This document shows positions 35,707 to 46,168 of a stretch of DNA of 64,000 nt, in pieces. The notes below the pieces were generated by a model. The model saw nothing but the letters and a program-made list of their open reading frames with translations, ran no database searches and was not told the origin of the DNA. Made by a program: the position numbers and the translations under genes. The first letter of the stretch is position 1. The number at the start of each line of letters is the position of its first letter. Source of the DNA: an uncultured Candidatus Saccharibacteria bacterium (GTDB lineage: Bacteria > Patescibacteriota > Minisyncoccia > Phycocordibacterales > GWA1-40-21); NCBI GenBank assembly GCA_964513515.1, contig CAZEMP010000001.1:75336-139335 (forward strand), in the 5' to 3' direction.

Positions 35707-37164
35707 TTATCCCTTCGGTCTCATGAAAGGGAAAATCTGACATTCACGAGCTGGCTTGTCAGAAAGAAAGCTGAAAAATCTTTCAGAGAGTCCAAAGCCA
35801 CAGGTTGGTGGCATTCCGTACTCAAGTGCTTCAACAAAGTCATTGTCCATCATTTGCGCCTCATCATCCCCTTCATCTCTCAACTTTGCTTGGTCTGTAA
35901 ATCTTCCGAGTTGATCTATTGGATCGTTTAATTCGCTAAAACCTTTACCCATTTCTGATCCGGCAAGAATCACCTGGAATCTTTCAACAAGATTTTTATT
36001 TTTATCCATTCTTTTTGCCAATGGTTCCATCATCACTGGAACATTTACCAAAAATCCTGGTCCGGCTATTTGGCGTCTACAATATTTCCACAATGAATCA
36101 ATTGCTCTATTTAAATTGAACCCTTTTCTGTCATATTCTATTTTTAAAGTTTGTAACTTCTTTTCTATCTCTGTTAATTTAGCGATAGTTACATCTATTC
36201 CTGTCTTTTCTTTTATCAAACTGACATAGTCGTATTTTTCCCATTTACCACCAAGATCTACTTCAAAATCTTTTATTTTAAATTTGAGTGTTCCAAAAGT
36301 TTTCTCTGCAATATGTTTATACATTTCTTCTACAAGCTTCATGCCGTCATTATAATCTGCATAAGCCCAATAGAACTCCATTTGAGCGTAATCCTGGAGA
36401 TGTTCAGCATCAGCCCCTTCGTTTCTAAAGATTCTTCCGATTTCGTAGACTTTTGGAAAGCCGGCAACCATAAGGCGTTTGAGCCAAAGCTCCGGAGATA
36501 TTCTCAAATAAACGTCCGTGTCATAAGCATTGTAATGAGTAACGAAAGGTCGAGCTTCTGCACCTCCGGCTGTATTTTCCAATACCGGTGTATCTACTTC
36601 CATAAAACCCCTCTCTTCAAGAAATTGTCTCATTGAGCTAAAAAACTTTGCTCTTTTTTCTATTGTATCTTTAACATCTTTGTTAAAAATAATATCCAAA
36701 TATCTTTTTCTTAGTCTGTCTTCTTCATCCTGTATACCATGCCATTTTTCAGGTAATGGTCTTAAGCTTTTTGTAAGAATTTTCCAACCAACAACTTTTA
36801 GGGTCTTTTCTCCTCTTTTTGTTATGAAAAGTGAACCGTTTATTTCTATAAAATCCCCAATATCAATTGTGTTTTGAAAAAGATCAAATAACTTTTCATC
36901 CATTTCATCTTTTTTTAGTAAGCCCTGAAATACTCCTGTACCATCATTTATATTTATAAATATCAAACCACCCTGGCCTCTTATGGCCATTATTCTGCCA
37001 ACAAGATATACAGACTCTTTCTTAGAAATCTTTTCAAAATCAGCTATAACTTCTGAAAGATAATAGTCTCTTCTTGAGGTTGCTGGAAATGAATCCATAC
37101 CAGCCTTTTCAAGGAGTTTTAATTTTTCTATTCTAATATTTTTTAATTCCTCAAAAGAAGACAT
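35707..37164 (-). CDS. lysS: lysyl-tRNA synthetase (class II)
   Basis: N-terminal OB anticodon-binding domain and class II motifs 1-3 (GAGF-like and GFGLSERF). Confidence 0.9.
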   Translation of the reverse strand: MSSFEELKNIRIEKLKLLEKAGMDSFPATSRRDYYLSEVIADFEKISKKESVYLVGRIMAIRGQGGLIFININDGTGVFQGLLKKDEMDEKLFDLFQNTIDIGDFIEINGSLFITKRGEKTLKVVGWKILTKSLRPLPEKWHGIQDEEDRLRKRYLDIIFNKDVKDTIEKRAKFFSSMRQFLEERGFMEVDTPVLENTAGGAEARPFVTHYNAYDTDVYLRISPELWLKRLMVAGFPKVYEIGRIFRNEGADAEHLQDYAQMEFYWAYADYNDGMKLVEEMYKHIAEKTFGTLKFKIKDFEVDLGGKWEKYDYVSLIKEKTGIDVTIAKLTEIEKKLQTLKIEYDRKGFNLNRAIDSLWKYCRRQIAGPGFLVNVPVMMEPLAKRMDKNKNLVERFQVILAGSEMGKGFSELNDPIDQLGRFTDQAKLRDEGDDEAQMMDNDFVEALEYGMPPTCGFGLSERFFSFLSDKPARECQIFPFMRPKG

Positions 37165-37179
37165 GTAGTGAGTATGTGA

Positions 37180-37647
37180 TTATTTTACATCTACAAGTTT
37201 ATATTCCATCTTACCACTTGGAGAATTGAATGAGAAAAATTCACCTTTCTTTTTTCCCAAAACTGCAGAGCCTATTGGTGATCTATTAGATATTTTACCA
37301 GAAGCTAGATCTGATTCTGCTGATCCAACGATCATAAGAGTCATCTTTTTAGAGCCATCCTTCTTCTCCACTACAACAGTACTACCTATCACAGCATGAT
37401 CGCCGTGCTTTTCTTCAACCATTGTTGTATTCTTCAAAATTTCTTCGAGTTTAGAAATTCTCTCTTCAATATCTGCTTGTCTATTTCTAGCTTCATGATA
37501 TTCAGCATTCTCGGAAAGATCTCCAAGATCACGTGCATAGTCTAGCGCTTCAGCAACTTCTTTTCTTTTAACATTCTTCAAATCCTTAAGCTCACTCATC
37601 AATTCTTCATATTTCTTTTTTGTAAGATATTCTCTTCTTTCTTCCAT
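37180..37647 (-). CDS. greA: transcription elongation factor GreA
   Basis: 155 aa with the N-terminal coiled coil and C-terminal FKBP-like domain typical of GreA. Confidence 0.85.
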   Translation of the reverse strand: MEERREYLTKKKYEELMSELKDLKNVKRKEVAEALDYARDLGDLSENAEYHEARNRQADIEERISKLEEILKNTTMVEEKHGDHAVIGSTVVVEKKDGSKKMTLMIVGSAESDLASGKISNRSPIGSAVLGKKKGEFFSFNSPSGKMEYKLVDVK

Positions 37648-37739
37648 ATTTTTGAGGATTTAAATTAATAAAACTTGCAAATATTTTAGCAAGTTTTTTT
37701 ACTAAAGTCAAAGATAAGATTTATTTTCCAAATTAGAAT

Positions 37740-39443
37740 TTAATCCAAATATTCTGGTCTATTCAAAAACATCCAATCTAAAACCTGTCTCATTACATAA
37801 ACACCACCAATAGTATTTTCCACTGGACCCTTCTCCATTATGACAGCAAAAGCATATCGCGGATTACTGTATGGAAAAAAGCCAGTCACCCAAGAATTAA
37901 CAAATTGTTTTTTTGATCCAAGCTCTGCTGTTCCTGTTTTAGCACCCAAAGTAAAATATCCAGTATTTAAACCAGAAGCGGTACCTTGCTCTACTGCGAG
38001 CTTCATACCCTCTCTAGCAACTTTAAAATAACTTTGATCCAAATTCAGCTGAACAAAATTATCTTTGTTACCATCAAGTAATATAGATGGTTCTAACAAT
38101 TTTCCATTATTTGCTACACTTGCTACGGCTCTAACGGCCTGTATTGGAGTAACCTGAAAGCCATACTGACCAATTGAAGTGTGGTAGGTATTTCCAATAT
38201 TCCATCTTTCCCCATCAAAATTTTTTGCCTTCCACTGCGGATCAGGAATAACTCCAGACACACCACTAAAAAAACCTTCTTTTATGTTCTGACCAAAACC
38301 AAACATACTCATATATTTATCTATTAAAGTGATACCTAAACCTTTTTGTCCCTCATAACCACCGCCAATTTCATAAAAATAGACATCTGAAGAAACGGCT
38401 ATTGCCTCTCTCATATCCACCCATCCATGCACTTTCCAATCCTTAAATACTGAAGGATGTAATGGATCATAAATATTTGGAATTGAAATGGAGCCGGTAC
38501 TTAATATTTTCTTCTTTGGGTCAATAATTTTTTCAGATAAAGCAGCAATTGATATATATGGCTTTAAAATAGAACCGGGGGTATAAAGACCATTAATCAC
38601 TCGATCTAAAAATGGATTATTCTTATTATTTAAAAAAATATTTATAGCCGATACATTTTTACCATCTGTTAATATTTGTGAATCATATTCAGGATAACTC
38701 GTCATAGACAATATTTCCCCAGTTTCTACATCCATTATTACTCCGGCTCCTCCAGTAAAACCAGTTTTTCTTGCTAGATCTAATATAACTTTATACATAT
38801 AACTCTGTAATTCAGAATCAATAGACAGTTTAATATCAGTACCGTCTTGTGCCTGTCTAACGACACTTTCAGACTGGAGTTGGCCCCTTGCATCAACCTC
38901 AACTATCCTCAAACCATTCTTGCCAGAAATAGAATTATCATAATACTTTTCGACACCATCTTTACCTATATAGTCTTCATTATAATAAAAACCCGAACTG
39001 TCCTTTGACGGATATTTTATATAACCTACAACATGTGATAATCCTGGTAAATCTAAATATTTTCTTAATGAAAAATCTGGATTGTCTTCACTTATTACGT
39101 TCCATGCTAATTTATTATTATTTCTATCATATATAATTCCTCTATTAGAAAAAACGAGTGTATTTTTTAACCTATTATTCTCACTTTTATCTAAATAAGT
39201 TTGACCATTAGTAACTTGTAAATCATATGCCCGAGCAAAAAAACCGATAAAAATTGTGAGACAAAATACTCCAAAGAAAATAAATGTATTTGAAGATATT
39301 GGCTTTTCTAGCCTACCCTCAAATTGATTCACATCAAATTTGGGAAGATTTTCTGAATCTATAAAAATTTCATCAGGATCTATGTCTTTTATCCTGCTGC
39401 TATATCGGTTATTTTTAAAATATTCTCTTAATTTATTAAACAT
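37740..39443 (-). CDS. mrdA: penicillin-binding protein 2 (elongasome transpeptidase)
   Basis: SILKP (SxxK) and KTGTAE motifs. The gene is adjacent to mreBCD. Confidence 0.8.
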   Translation of the reverse strand: MFNKLREYFKNNRYSSRIKDIDPDEIFIDSENLPKFDVNQFEGRLEKPISSNTFIFFGVFCLTIFIGFFARAYDLQVTNGQTYLDKSENNRLKNTLVFSNRGIIYDRNNNKLAWNVISEDNPDFSLRKYLDLPGLSHVVGYIKYPSKDSSGFYYNEDYIGKDGVEKYYDNSISGKNGLRIVEVDARGQLQSESVVRQAQDGTDIKLSIDSELQSYMYKVILDLARKTGFTGGAGVIMDVETGEILSMTSYPEYDSQILTDGKNVSAINIFLNNKNNPFLDRVINGLYTPGSILKPYISIAALSEKIIDPKKKILSTGSISIPNIYDPLHPSVFKDWKVHGWVDMREAIAVSSDVYFYEIGGGYEGQKGLGITLIDKYMSMFGFGQNIKEGFFSGVSGVIPDPQWKAKNFDGERWNIGNTYHTSIGQYGFQVTPIQAVRAVASVANNGKLLEPSILLDGNKDNFVQLNLDQSYFKVAREGMKLAVEQGTASGLNTGYFTLGAKTGTAELGSKKQFVNSWVTGFFPYSNPRYAFAVIMEKGPVENTIGGVYVMRQVLDWMFLNRPEYLD

Positions 39444-39445
39444 AC

Positions 39446-39709
39446 TTAATACAATGATAATCTTAAAATAGTTTTTAATCTAAACGAAATCAAATAAACT
39501 ATAAAGATAAGTAATGTTATTGAATAAGGAAAATTAATACCAAAAATACTTCCTCCGCTATATAATAAGTCTAAAATGTAAGCAAAAATTATTGACTCAA
39601 AAAAATTATCTAAAGAAAAAATAAAAAACAATATCAAAACTATTGATAAATAAATGGGGAATAAAAAAACAGCAACTAACAAAAAAATGTTTGATAAAAT
39701 TCTAATCAT
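39446..39709 (-). CDS. mreD: small polytopic membrane protein, probable MreD
   Basis: 87 aa and hydrophobic, sitting between mreC and pbp2. Confidence 0.4.
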   Translation of the reverse strand: MIRILSNIFLLVAVFLFPIYLSIVLILFFIFSLDNFFESIIFAYILDLLYSGGSIFGINFPYSITLLIFIVYLISFRLKTILRLSLY

Positions 39710-40493
39710 TTTTATTAGACAATAAAACTTCCGCCCATTTAAGTTCAGAGATATTCACAGGATTTTTAAACAATACATCTTGAAAGGAATCTGCTTCCTT
39801 AAAATCTATTTTTTCTACTACACCAAATATATTTGGTGATATTGATGGCATAACTATAGAATCTCCCTCCTTTATATCCCCTTCTCTTGGCATTTCAATT
39901 TTAAAATTACCAGCCCCAAGACCTATTGCTTCTTTTTCAACATTATTATTCCCAATCAATACCTTCACTTTCTCTCCTGGTGATGAATATAATACAACCT
40001 TGGAAGTGTTGCTATAGACTTCAGAAATATAGCCAATAAATATATTTCCATCGACTAAAACTTTGTTTCCAATACTAACCCCATCTACTTCACCAATATC
40101 TATTATTAACGTATCGTAAGGTGACAAAAAAGGTTTTACTAATATTGTGGAAAGTATAAGTTTTTGATTTGATTTATTTCTATTTAAAATATTTTTCAAA
40201 TCTTCATTCTCCTTTTTGATCAAATCGTACAAAGCATTTTTACTTTCATTCACTCGAATCTGATCTTTTAATAAAATATTTTCATTCAGAAGACTGATCT
40301 TTGAGTTCAGGATACTGATATTATCAACAAAAAAAGAACTAATGCTATTTTTTATTGCCCATACAGGAGTTCCTGTATTAAAAAGTATATTTCTTGTCCA
40401 TGAAAAGTAGAAAATAATAATAAATAGTATTGGGATAACTGACCAATATATGTTTTTATTACTATTATTTCTTTGGGGGAAGTTCGTCTTCAT
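39702..40493 (-). CDS. mreC: rod shape-determining protein MreC
   Basis: N-terminal TM helix, coiled coil and the MreC beta domain. Located downstream of mreB. Confidence 0.75.
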   Translation of the reverse strand: MKTNFPQRNNSNKNIYWSVIPILFIIIFYFSWTRNILFNTGTPVWAIKNSISSFFVDNISILNSKISLLNENILLKDQIRVNESKNALYDLIKKENEDLKNILNRNKSNQKLILSTILVKPFLSPYDTLIIDIGEVDGVSIGNKVLVDGNIFIGYISEVYSNTSKVVLYSSPGEKVKVLIGNNNVEKEAIGLGAGNFKIEMPREGDIKEGDSIVMPSISPNIFGVVEKIDFKEADSFQDVLFKNPVNISELKWAEVLLSNKND

Positions 40494-41529
40494 TTTGTAT
40501 CAATGATTCTTTATAAAGATCCATATTCTCTAGAATAATTCCAGTACCTCTAGCAACAGCAGTAAGTGGATCATCTACAAGATGTACTGGTATTTTTAAA
40601 TACTCACTCAAAAGTTGATCTAGCCCCTTTATTAATGCTCCTCCACCAAAAAGATATATTCCTTTTTGCATAATATCTGTAAGAATTTCAGGTGGCGTGG
40701 TTTCTAAAACTTCTTTAGTAGCATCAACAAGACTTTCGATAGACGCAGATACGGCTTCTCTTATATCTGAATCTGTCAAAATAACCTCTCTTGGCAATCC
40801 TGTGATTAAATCTCTACCTTTAATTGGAGACTCTAAATGATCGTCTGAAGACACTACACAACATATAGCGAGTTTTATATTCTCTGCGGTTTTTTCCCCA
40901 ATTAATATTTTAAATTCACTTCTAATGTAAGCGATAATATCATTATTTAATTTATCACCAGCGACTCTTAGATTCTTTGACTTAACAATTCCGCCTAAAG
41001 ATATAACGGCGATATCTGTAGTACCTCCTCCAATATCTATCACCATATTTCCTACAGGTGAATTTGTTGGTAAACGAATACCAATAGCTCCTGCCATTGG
41101 CTCTTCTACTATATGTACTTCGCGTGCTCCTGCATTTCTTGTTGCATCACGAACTGCACGTATCTCTACGTTTGTAACACCCGATGGAACTCCAACCACA
41201 ACGCGCGGTCCAAGCATTTTTGGAGAAGCCTCTTCTGCTTTTTTAATTAGGTATGCGATCATTTCTTCCGTAACTTCAAAATCAGAAATAACACCATCAA
41301 CAAGAGGTCTTATAGCAACTATGTGTGGAGGTGTTCTTCCCAACATTTCTTTTGCTTGTGTTCCAACAGCTACCACTCTTCCTGTCTTTTGATTTAGTGC
41401 AACAACAGAAGGTTCATTGATAACAATACCCTTACCGGAGACATAAACTAAAGTGTTTGCGGTACCGAGGTCTATACCAATATCATTGGATAAATGTTTA
41501 TTTAATTTTGCTTTTATATTTTCAAACAT
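40465..41529 (-). CDS. mreB: rod shape-determining protein MreB
   Basis: Actin-like ATPase motifs DLGTANTLVYV and DIGGGTTD. Confidence 0.9.
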   Translation of the reverse strand: MFENIKAKLNKHLSNDIGIDLGTANTLVYVSGKGIVINEPSVVALNQKTGRVVAVGTQAKEMLGRTPPHIVAIRPLVDGVISDFEVTEEMIAYLIKKAEEASPKMLGPRVVVGVPSGVTNVEIRAVRDATRNAGAREVHIVEEPMAGAIGIRLPTNSPVGNMVIDIGGGTTDIAVISLGGIVKSKNLRVAGDKLNNDIIAYIRSEFKILIGEKTAENIKLAICCVVSSDDHLESPIKGRDLITGLPREVILTDSDIREAVSASIESLVDATKEVLETTPPEILTDIMQKGIYLFGGGALIKGLDQLLSEYLKIPVHLVDDPLTAVARGTGIILENMDLYKESLIQNEDELPPKK

Positions 41530-41531
41530 TT

Positions 41532-42791
41532 TTATTTGTATTCGTTTACAAAATCAAGAATTTCTTTTTCTTTCAAACTTAAGACTTTACCGTCTTTCCT
41601 TAATTTAATTTCAAACTCACCCTTTTCCAAACCCTTATCAGAAACAACAATTCTTATAGGCATACCCATAAGATCTGAGTCATTAAACTTCTCGCCTGGA
41701 CGTGCATCTCTATCATCATATAACACCGTAACGCCCGCTTTGACAAGCATATTGTAAAGCTTTAAAGATGTATCTTGAACTTTTTTATTCGTAGAACTTA
41801 TCTCAACGATATGTACTTTAAATGGAGCAACAGAAGATGGCCAAACAATACCCTTATCGTCAGATAATATTTCTACAATAGTACCCATCAATCTTCCTAG
41901 TCCAATACCGTAACTTCCCATTATTACTAATTTTTCTTCACCTTTTTCATTTTTATATTTCAAATCAAACGGTTCAGAAAATCTAGTTCCGAGTGAAAAA
42001 ATATTTCCTACTTCAATAGACTTTTTTTCAACAAGTTTCTCTTTTTTAAGATCTAAATTTTTTAAAATCTCTTCATCATATACTTCTTTGTTTACTGCAA
42101 TCCCACTTTTTTCATCTAAATATATCGTATCTTCACCAGCATCTGTTATGGATTGAAATTCGTGAGAAAACTTTGAAAATGAACCGCCAGAAGCAAAAGT
42201 TAAATATGTTAAATCTCCTATACCAACTTTCTTGAAAATGTTTGAGTATGCTTCTTTTGCTTTTTCATAAAAATCATTATGCCCCTTTTCGTCCTTTGAA
42301 AATGAATATAGTGCTTTCCAATAAAATTCTCTTCCTCTTAATATTCCGGACTTACTTCTAGCTTCGTTTCTAAATATAGTTTTAAAATCATAAGGATAAA
42401 CTGGCAAATCTTTATACGAACTTATATATTGCTTCAAAATATTTGAATATGCCTCTTCATTTGTAAAAGATAGACCAACCTCTCCACCATTTTTTAATTT
42501 TGTTTTAAACCAATTATCTACTACTTTGTCGTCCCATCTGTCAGATTTTTCCCAAATTTCTTTATTTTGAAAAATAGATGTTTTCATTTCTATACCACCA
42601 ATCTTGTCCATCTCTTCACGAATTATATTTTCAATATTTTTCATGACCTTGAGACCTAAAGGCATATAGTCATAAACACCAGCCATTTCTTTGTTTATAA
42701 ATCCAGCACGAACAAGGAGATTCGCATTTTTTGATACTTCATCACGTGGACCCTCTTTACGGGTCTTAGTTAGCAACATTGATTGTCTCAT
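41532..42791 (-). CDS. proS: prolyl-tRNA synthetase (short form lacking INS editing domain)
   Basis: N-terminus MRQSMLLTKTRKEGPRDEVSKNANLLVRAGFI, class II motifs, and a C-terminal anticodon-binding domain. The 419-aa length implies no INS domain. Confidence 0.85.
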   Translation of the reverse strand: MRQSMLLTKTRKEGPRDEVSKNANLLVRAGFINKEMAGVYDYMPLGLKVMKNIENIIREEMDKIGGIEMKTSIFQNKEIWEKSDRWDDKVVDNWFKTKLKNGGEVGLSFTNEEAYSNILKQYISSYKDLPVYPYDFKTIFRNEARSKSGILRGREFYWKALYSFSKDEKGHNDFYEKAKEAYSNIFKKVGIGDLTYLTFASGGSFSKFSHEFQSITDAGEDTIYLDEKSGIAVNKEVYDEEILKNLDLKKEKLVEKKSIEVGNIFSLGTRFSEPFDLKYKNEKGEEKLVIMGSYGIGLGRLMGTIVEILSDDKGIVWPSSVAPFKVHIVEISSTNKKVQDTSLKLYNMLVKAGVTVLYDDRDARPGEKFNDSDLMGMPIRIVVSDKGLEKGEFEIKLRKDGKVLSLKEKEILDFVNEYK

Positions 42792-42889
42792 ATGGCTTAA
42801 ATACTACATTATTTTATAATAAAACAAAACCCTTGACCTAAGGTTGATTATTATGTTATTTATCAAAAAAATTGATTACTAAAATAAGA

Positions 42890-43987
42890 TTATAAAGTAA
42901 ATAATCTTAAAATATCTTTGTATGTAATAAATAACATCAAGGTAATAAGGAGGATGAAACCGCTTAAGTTTAACCAGTTTGCAATCGCTGGTTTTATTTT
43001 TCTTCTAATTATTATCTCTATAAATACAAATAAAACTCTTCCTCCATCAAGTGCTGGAAAAGGAACAAGATTAAGCATTGCGAGATTTATAGAAATCATT
43101 GCTATAAAACCCAATAAATATGATATGCCCATATCAGATGCTTGCCCTACCATACCAGCAATACCAACTGGTCCTGTAACACTAGATAATAAACTTCCAT
43201 CACCGACAAATGCAGCGCCGATAAAACTATAAATTCCTTTGCTAATATTTAAAGCTTCGATAAAAGTTAGTTTTGCTCCCTCATAAAATGATCGGAAAAA
43301 ACCAAACTTCACTGTACCAACCAAGCCCATAGAAATCCCTATCGCTTTTCTTCCTTCAACTACACCCTCAGTGGCAATTACATTCACAGTACTTGTAGCA
43401 TCACCTCTTTTATAATCTATTTTTATAGCATCTTTACTTTCAGCAATTACTTTTTGAACTTCTGCTACTAATGGTGAAATTATTTTTGTACTACCAGATT
43501 CAATACTTAAAATATTGTCACCTTCTTTTAATCCTGCGAGATCAGACGGTGAACCTTTTTGTACAGAAAGTATCATTACTGAAACATTTTCTGCCTTATC
43601 TCTATATTGATCTTCTATAGATGTAACAAGTCCAAAATTGAATGACATGGAAATGAGTAGCCAAGCAAAAATAATGTTCATTGAAATACCGGCTAGTAAT
43701 ACAACAATTTGTTTCCATTTTGAAGCGTTTACAAAGCTCCTCTCTGCATCTGGACCATTTAAGGATTCGTCATCTGGATCTTCTCCAAATATTTTTACAT
43801 AGCCACCGAGCGGTATCATATTCAAACTATAGTGTGTCTCACCAATTTTTTTACCAAAAATCTGTGGTGGAAAACCAATTGCAAATTCATCTACACGAAT
43901 ACCAAAAAATTTGGCTGTGGCAAAATGTCCAAGCTCATGAACAAATATGAGAAGGCCCAGTACGATTATAAAAAGAATTACCGTCAT
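42890..43987 (-). CDS. rseP: site-2 protease RseP (zinc metalloprotease)
   Basis: HELGHF zinc motif, a PDZ domain and an LDGG motif. Confidence 0.85.
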   Translation of the reverse strand: MTVILFIIVLGLLIFVHELGHFATAKFFGIRVDEFAIGFPPQIFGKKIGETHYSLNMIPLGGYVKIFGEDPDDESLNGPDAERSFVNASKWKQIVVLLAGISMNIIFAWLLISMSFNFGLVTSIEDQYRDKAENVSVMILSVQKGSPSDLAGLKEGDNILSIESGSTKIISPLVAEVQKVIAESKDAIKIDYKRGDATSTVNVIATEGVVEGRKAIGISMGLVGTVKFGFFRSFYEGAKLTFIEALNISKGIYSFIGAAFVGDGSLLSSVTGPVGIAGMVGQASDMGISYLLGFIAMISINLAMLNLVPFPALDGGRVLFVFIEIIIRRKIKPAIANWLNLSGFILLITLMLFITYKDILRLFTL

Positions 43988-43989
43988 GT

Positions 43990-44541
43990 TTATGAGTTGA
44001 TCTCTTTTTCTTTTTTAGAAAATAGTACTTCAAGACTAGAGTTTCCATCATCGACTATCTTTTGCATTTCTTTTTTATATCTAAATTTGTCGTCCTCGCC
44101 CATACCGCCTTTTTTCTCCATATCTTCTATTTCCTTCCAGGTATTATCACGAAAACTTCTTACGTTTACTTTTGCATCTTCAAGTTTTGCTTTTGCAGTT
44201 TTTATAAGAAGTGTTCTTCTTTCTCCCGTAAGCTCTGGGAAAAATATTCTCACTCCCTTATCATCTACACCTACAGATACACCAAGATTTGCAAGAGTTA
44301 TTGCTTTTTCAATTGCTTTTGATTGTGTTTTATCATATGGAGTTATTCTTATAACTCTTGCATCTTCAATACCTATACTTGCAACTTGATTTATAGGCAT
44401 GCGAGATCCGTAAACTTCAACCTGTACTGAATCCAAAATATTAGGACTTGCAATACCTGTTCTTAATCCAGAATATTCTTTCTTGAGCCATTCTTCTGAT
44501 CCTTTTATATTATCCTTTAGTTTTTTGAAATCATAAGCCAT
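43990..44541 (-). CDS. frr: ribosome recycling factor
   Basis: 183 aa that aligns with RRF along its full length. Confidence 0.9.
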   Translation of the reverse strand: MAYDFKKLKDNIKGSEEWLKKEYSGLRTGIASPNILDSVQVEVYGSRMPINQVASIGIEDARVIRITPYDKTQSKAIEKAITLANLGVSVGVDDKGVRIFFPELTGERRTLLIKTAKAKLEDAKVNVRSFRDNTWKEIEDMEKKGGMGEDDKFRYKKEMQKIVDDGNSSLEVLFSKKEKEINS

Positions 44542-44582
44542 AAAATTTGTTTAAATTATTATACGAAACATTATAACAAAAA

Positions 44583-45284
44583 TTAACTTTTAATAATAGG
44601 TAAAATAATAGCTATATGTTCCAAAAGCATTTTTAAAGATGATGATTGTTCTGAAGCATATTGTCTAATTTTTTCTAATTCTTCAAACATTTGTATTTGG
44701 TATTCATTTATATTTAAAAAATCGACATTGGATTTAAGCTCAACTTCTAGAGAATTTAAAAATTTAATAATTTCTATTTTACTTTCTTCTTCATCTGAAA
44801 TACTTTCGCATAGATTTTTCACTGCTTCCATTCTTTTCCCTACAGGACAGTTCAAAAAATCTTTTGGGTTTATTAGAGAGTTATTAATTTTGTTTGTATC
44901 GATAATAAAAAGTCTTGATCTGAAAGTAGGAATAATATTATTGAGAGTTGGTATTATTAAAAAGAAATGCGTATCACCACGAGGCTCTTCAAAAAGCTTG
45001 AGCATTGCATTTTGAGCTTTTTCAGTAATAAAATTTGCACTTACAATAAAAATCTTTTTGTCTCCCGCTGTTGGTTTATTTTGATGAGAATTCTTTATGG
45101 CTCTGCTATCTTCTATGTCCATAACATCAAAATCTCCATACAAAAAATCTGGATTGTTTTTAATTGGAAAATTCAACTTTTTTAAAAAAAGCGTTTCTAG
45201 TTGATTCATTACTTCTTCAGAATCTCCTAAAATACAATATGCGTGATGTAAAAGATTGTTACTGAAAGATAAATTTAAACTATT
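44583..45284 (-). CDS. holB: DNA polymerase III delta'-like subunit (short)
   Basis: HAYCILGD at the N-terminus (degenerate P-loop) and FLIIPTLNNIIPTFRSRLF (the SRC/sensor region). Start placed at the internal Met. The upstream 64 aa of the ORF-track call run through the GC-rich gene on the opposite strand and are not part of holB. Confidence 0.55.
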   Translation of the reverse strand, partial: NSLNLSFSNNLLHHAYCILGDSEEVMNQLETLFLKKLNFPIKNNPDFLYGDFDVMDIEDSRAIKNSHQNKPTAGDKKIFIVSANFITEKAQNAMLKLFEEPRGDTHFFLIIPTLNNIIPTFRSRLFIIDTNKINNSLINPKDFLNCPVGKRMEAVKNLCESISDEEESKIEIIKFLNSLEVELKSNVDFLNINEYQIQMFEELEKIRQYASEQSSSLKMLLEHIAIILPIIKS

Positions 45285-45329
45285 CATTAGTATGTATATT
45301 AGCAGAAAAATATAAATGAGAAAGTAAAT

Positions 45330-45374
45330 TTTAGAAAACAAAAGGCTCAGACAAAAGAGCCTTTTGTCTGAGCC
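45330..45374 (-). terminator. intrinsic terminator
   Basis: GGCTCAGACAAAAGagccTTTTGTCTGAGCC with a minus-strand T-run. Confidence 0.55.
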
Positions 45375-45376
45375 GG

Positions 45377-45610
45377 TTACGCTTCCGGTTTGGAAGTGAA
45401 AAACCCCCACGTAAAGCTGTAATGGTGCGCTTCCGCACCGCAATTCATACAGCTTGTCTTGTAATAGGATCCCCATTTCCTATCCGTGATCTTGGTCTTG
45501 AAGCTTCCACAGACCCCGCACCTACCTGCCCGAAAGGTAAAGAGTACGACGGCTCCGACACCAACCAGAACTGCTCCAGAAACCGCTGCGACTACTGCAG
45601 GCGTTGGCAT
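45377..45610 (-). CDS. small TM + CxxC...CxxC zinc-ribbon protein, GC-rich copy
   Basis: ~77 aa starting MPTPAVV. The SD is GGGAGG. One TM helix, then the CGVCGS...CMNCG motifs. ~58% GC. Confidence 0.45.
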   Translation of the reverse strand: MPTPAVVAAVSGAVLVGVGAVVLFTFRAGRCGVCGSFKTKITDRKWGSYYKTSCMNCGAEAHHYSFTWGFFTSKPEA

Positions 45611-45757
45611 TAGGACAGCCTCCCAAGAAAGTTGAATTAACAACCGGAAAAATATATACTAAATAAATATATATGTCAATATAAATAACTTATAAGAAAA
45701 CAAAAAGCCCAGAACAAAAGGCTTTTTGTCTGGACTACTAACTTCTTTGGTGTAATA

Positions 45758-46003
45758 CTATCTGCTAAAGATCCTGTTGGCAAAATGGCTTACCTTGCCA
45801 ATACCACATCTTTTGCAGATCTTCTCTACTATGATGTAGTAGACATCTCCATGATGTTGACTAGAACCCTTGGCGTGCCTAAGCTTAAGGGTGATCTTAG
45901 AGCTTTTACAAAGATCACATTTTCCTCTCAACCTAAAGAACAGCACGATTCCAACAATGAGTAGAATCGTGATGAGAAAAATCACGACTTCTAACATTGT
46001 CAT
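45758..46003 (-). CDS. small TM + CxxC...CxxC zinc-ribbon protein, AT-rich paralog
   Basis: 81 aa with SD AGGAGG. One TM helix, then the CDLCKS...CKRCG motifs. Shares the FR.RG.C..C.S.K...YY...C..CG...HF pattern with the GC-rich copy, and has a similar terminator hairpin. Confidence 0.45.
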   Translation of the reverse strand: MTMLEVVIFLITILLIVGIVLFFRLRGKCDLCKSSKITLKLRHAKGSSQHHGDVYYIIVEKICKRCGIGKVSHFANRIFSR

Positions 46004-46087
46004 AATATCGACCTCCTGAAAAATTCGTATTGACTATAAAAATAGTACATTAAATAATATACATGTGTCAAATATTAAATTAATGCG

Positions 46088-46122
46088 AAAAAAGTGTTTT
46101 TGCTTAGCAAAAACACTTTTTT
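46088..46122 (-). terminator. AT-rich perfect hairpin terminator for mreB paralog
   Basis: AAAAAGTGTTTTTGCttaGCAAAAACACTTTTT. Confidence 0.45.
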
Positions 46123-46168
46123 CACATCTAATTTATAGACTCTATAAACTTTTTACTTTCAACTTCCA

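Noticed and set aside
44583-45476. N-terminal 64 aa of the 297-aa ORF-track holB call
   Set aside because: That part reads through the GC-rich zinc-ribbon gene on the opposite strand and across a terminator hairpin. The conserved delta' sequence starts at the internal Met (MNSLNLSF…).
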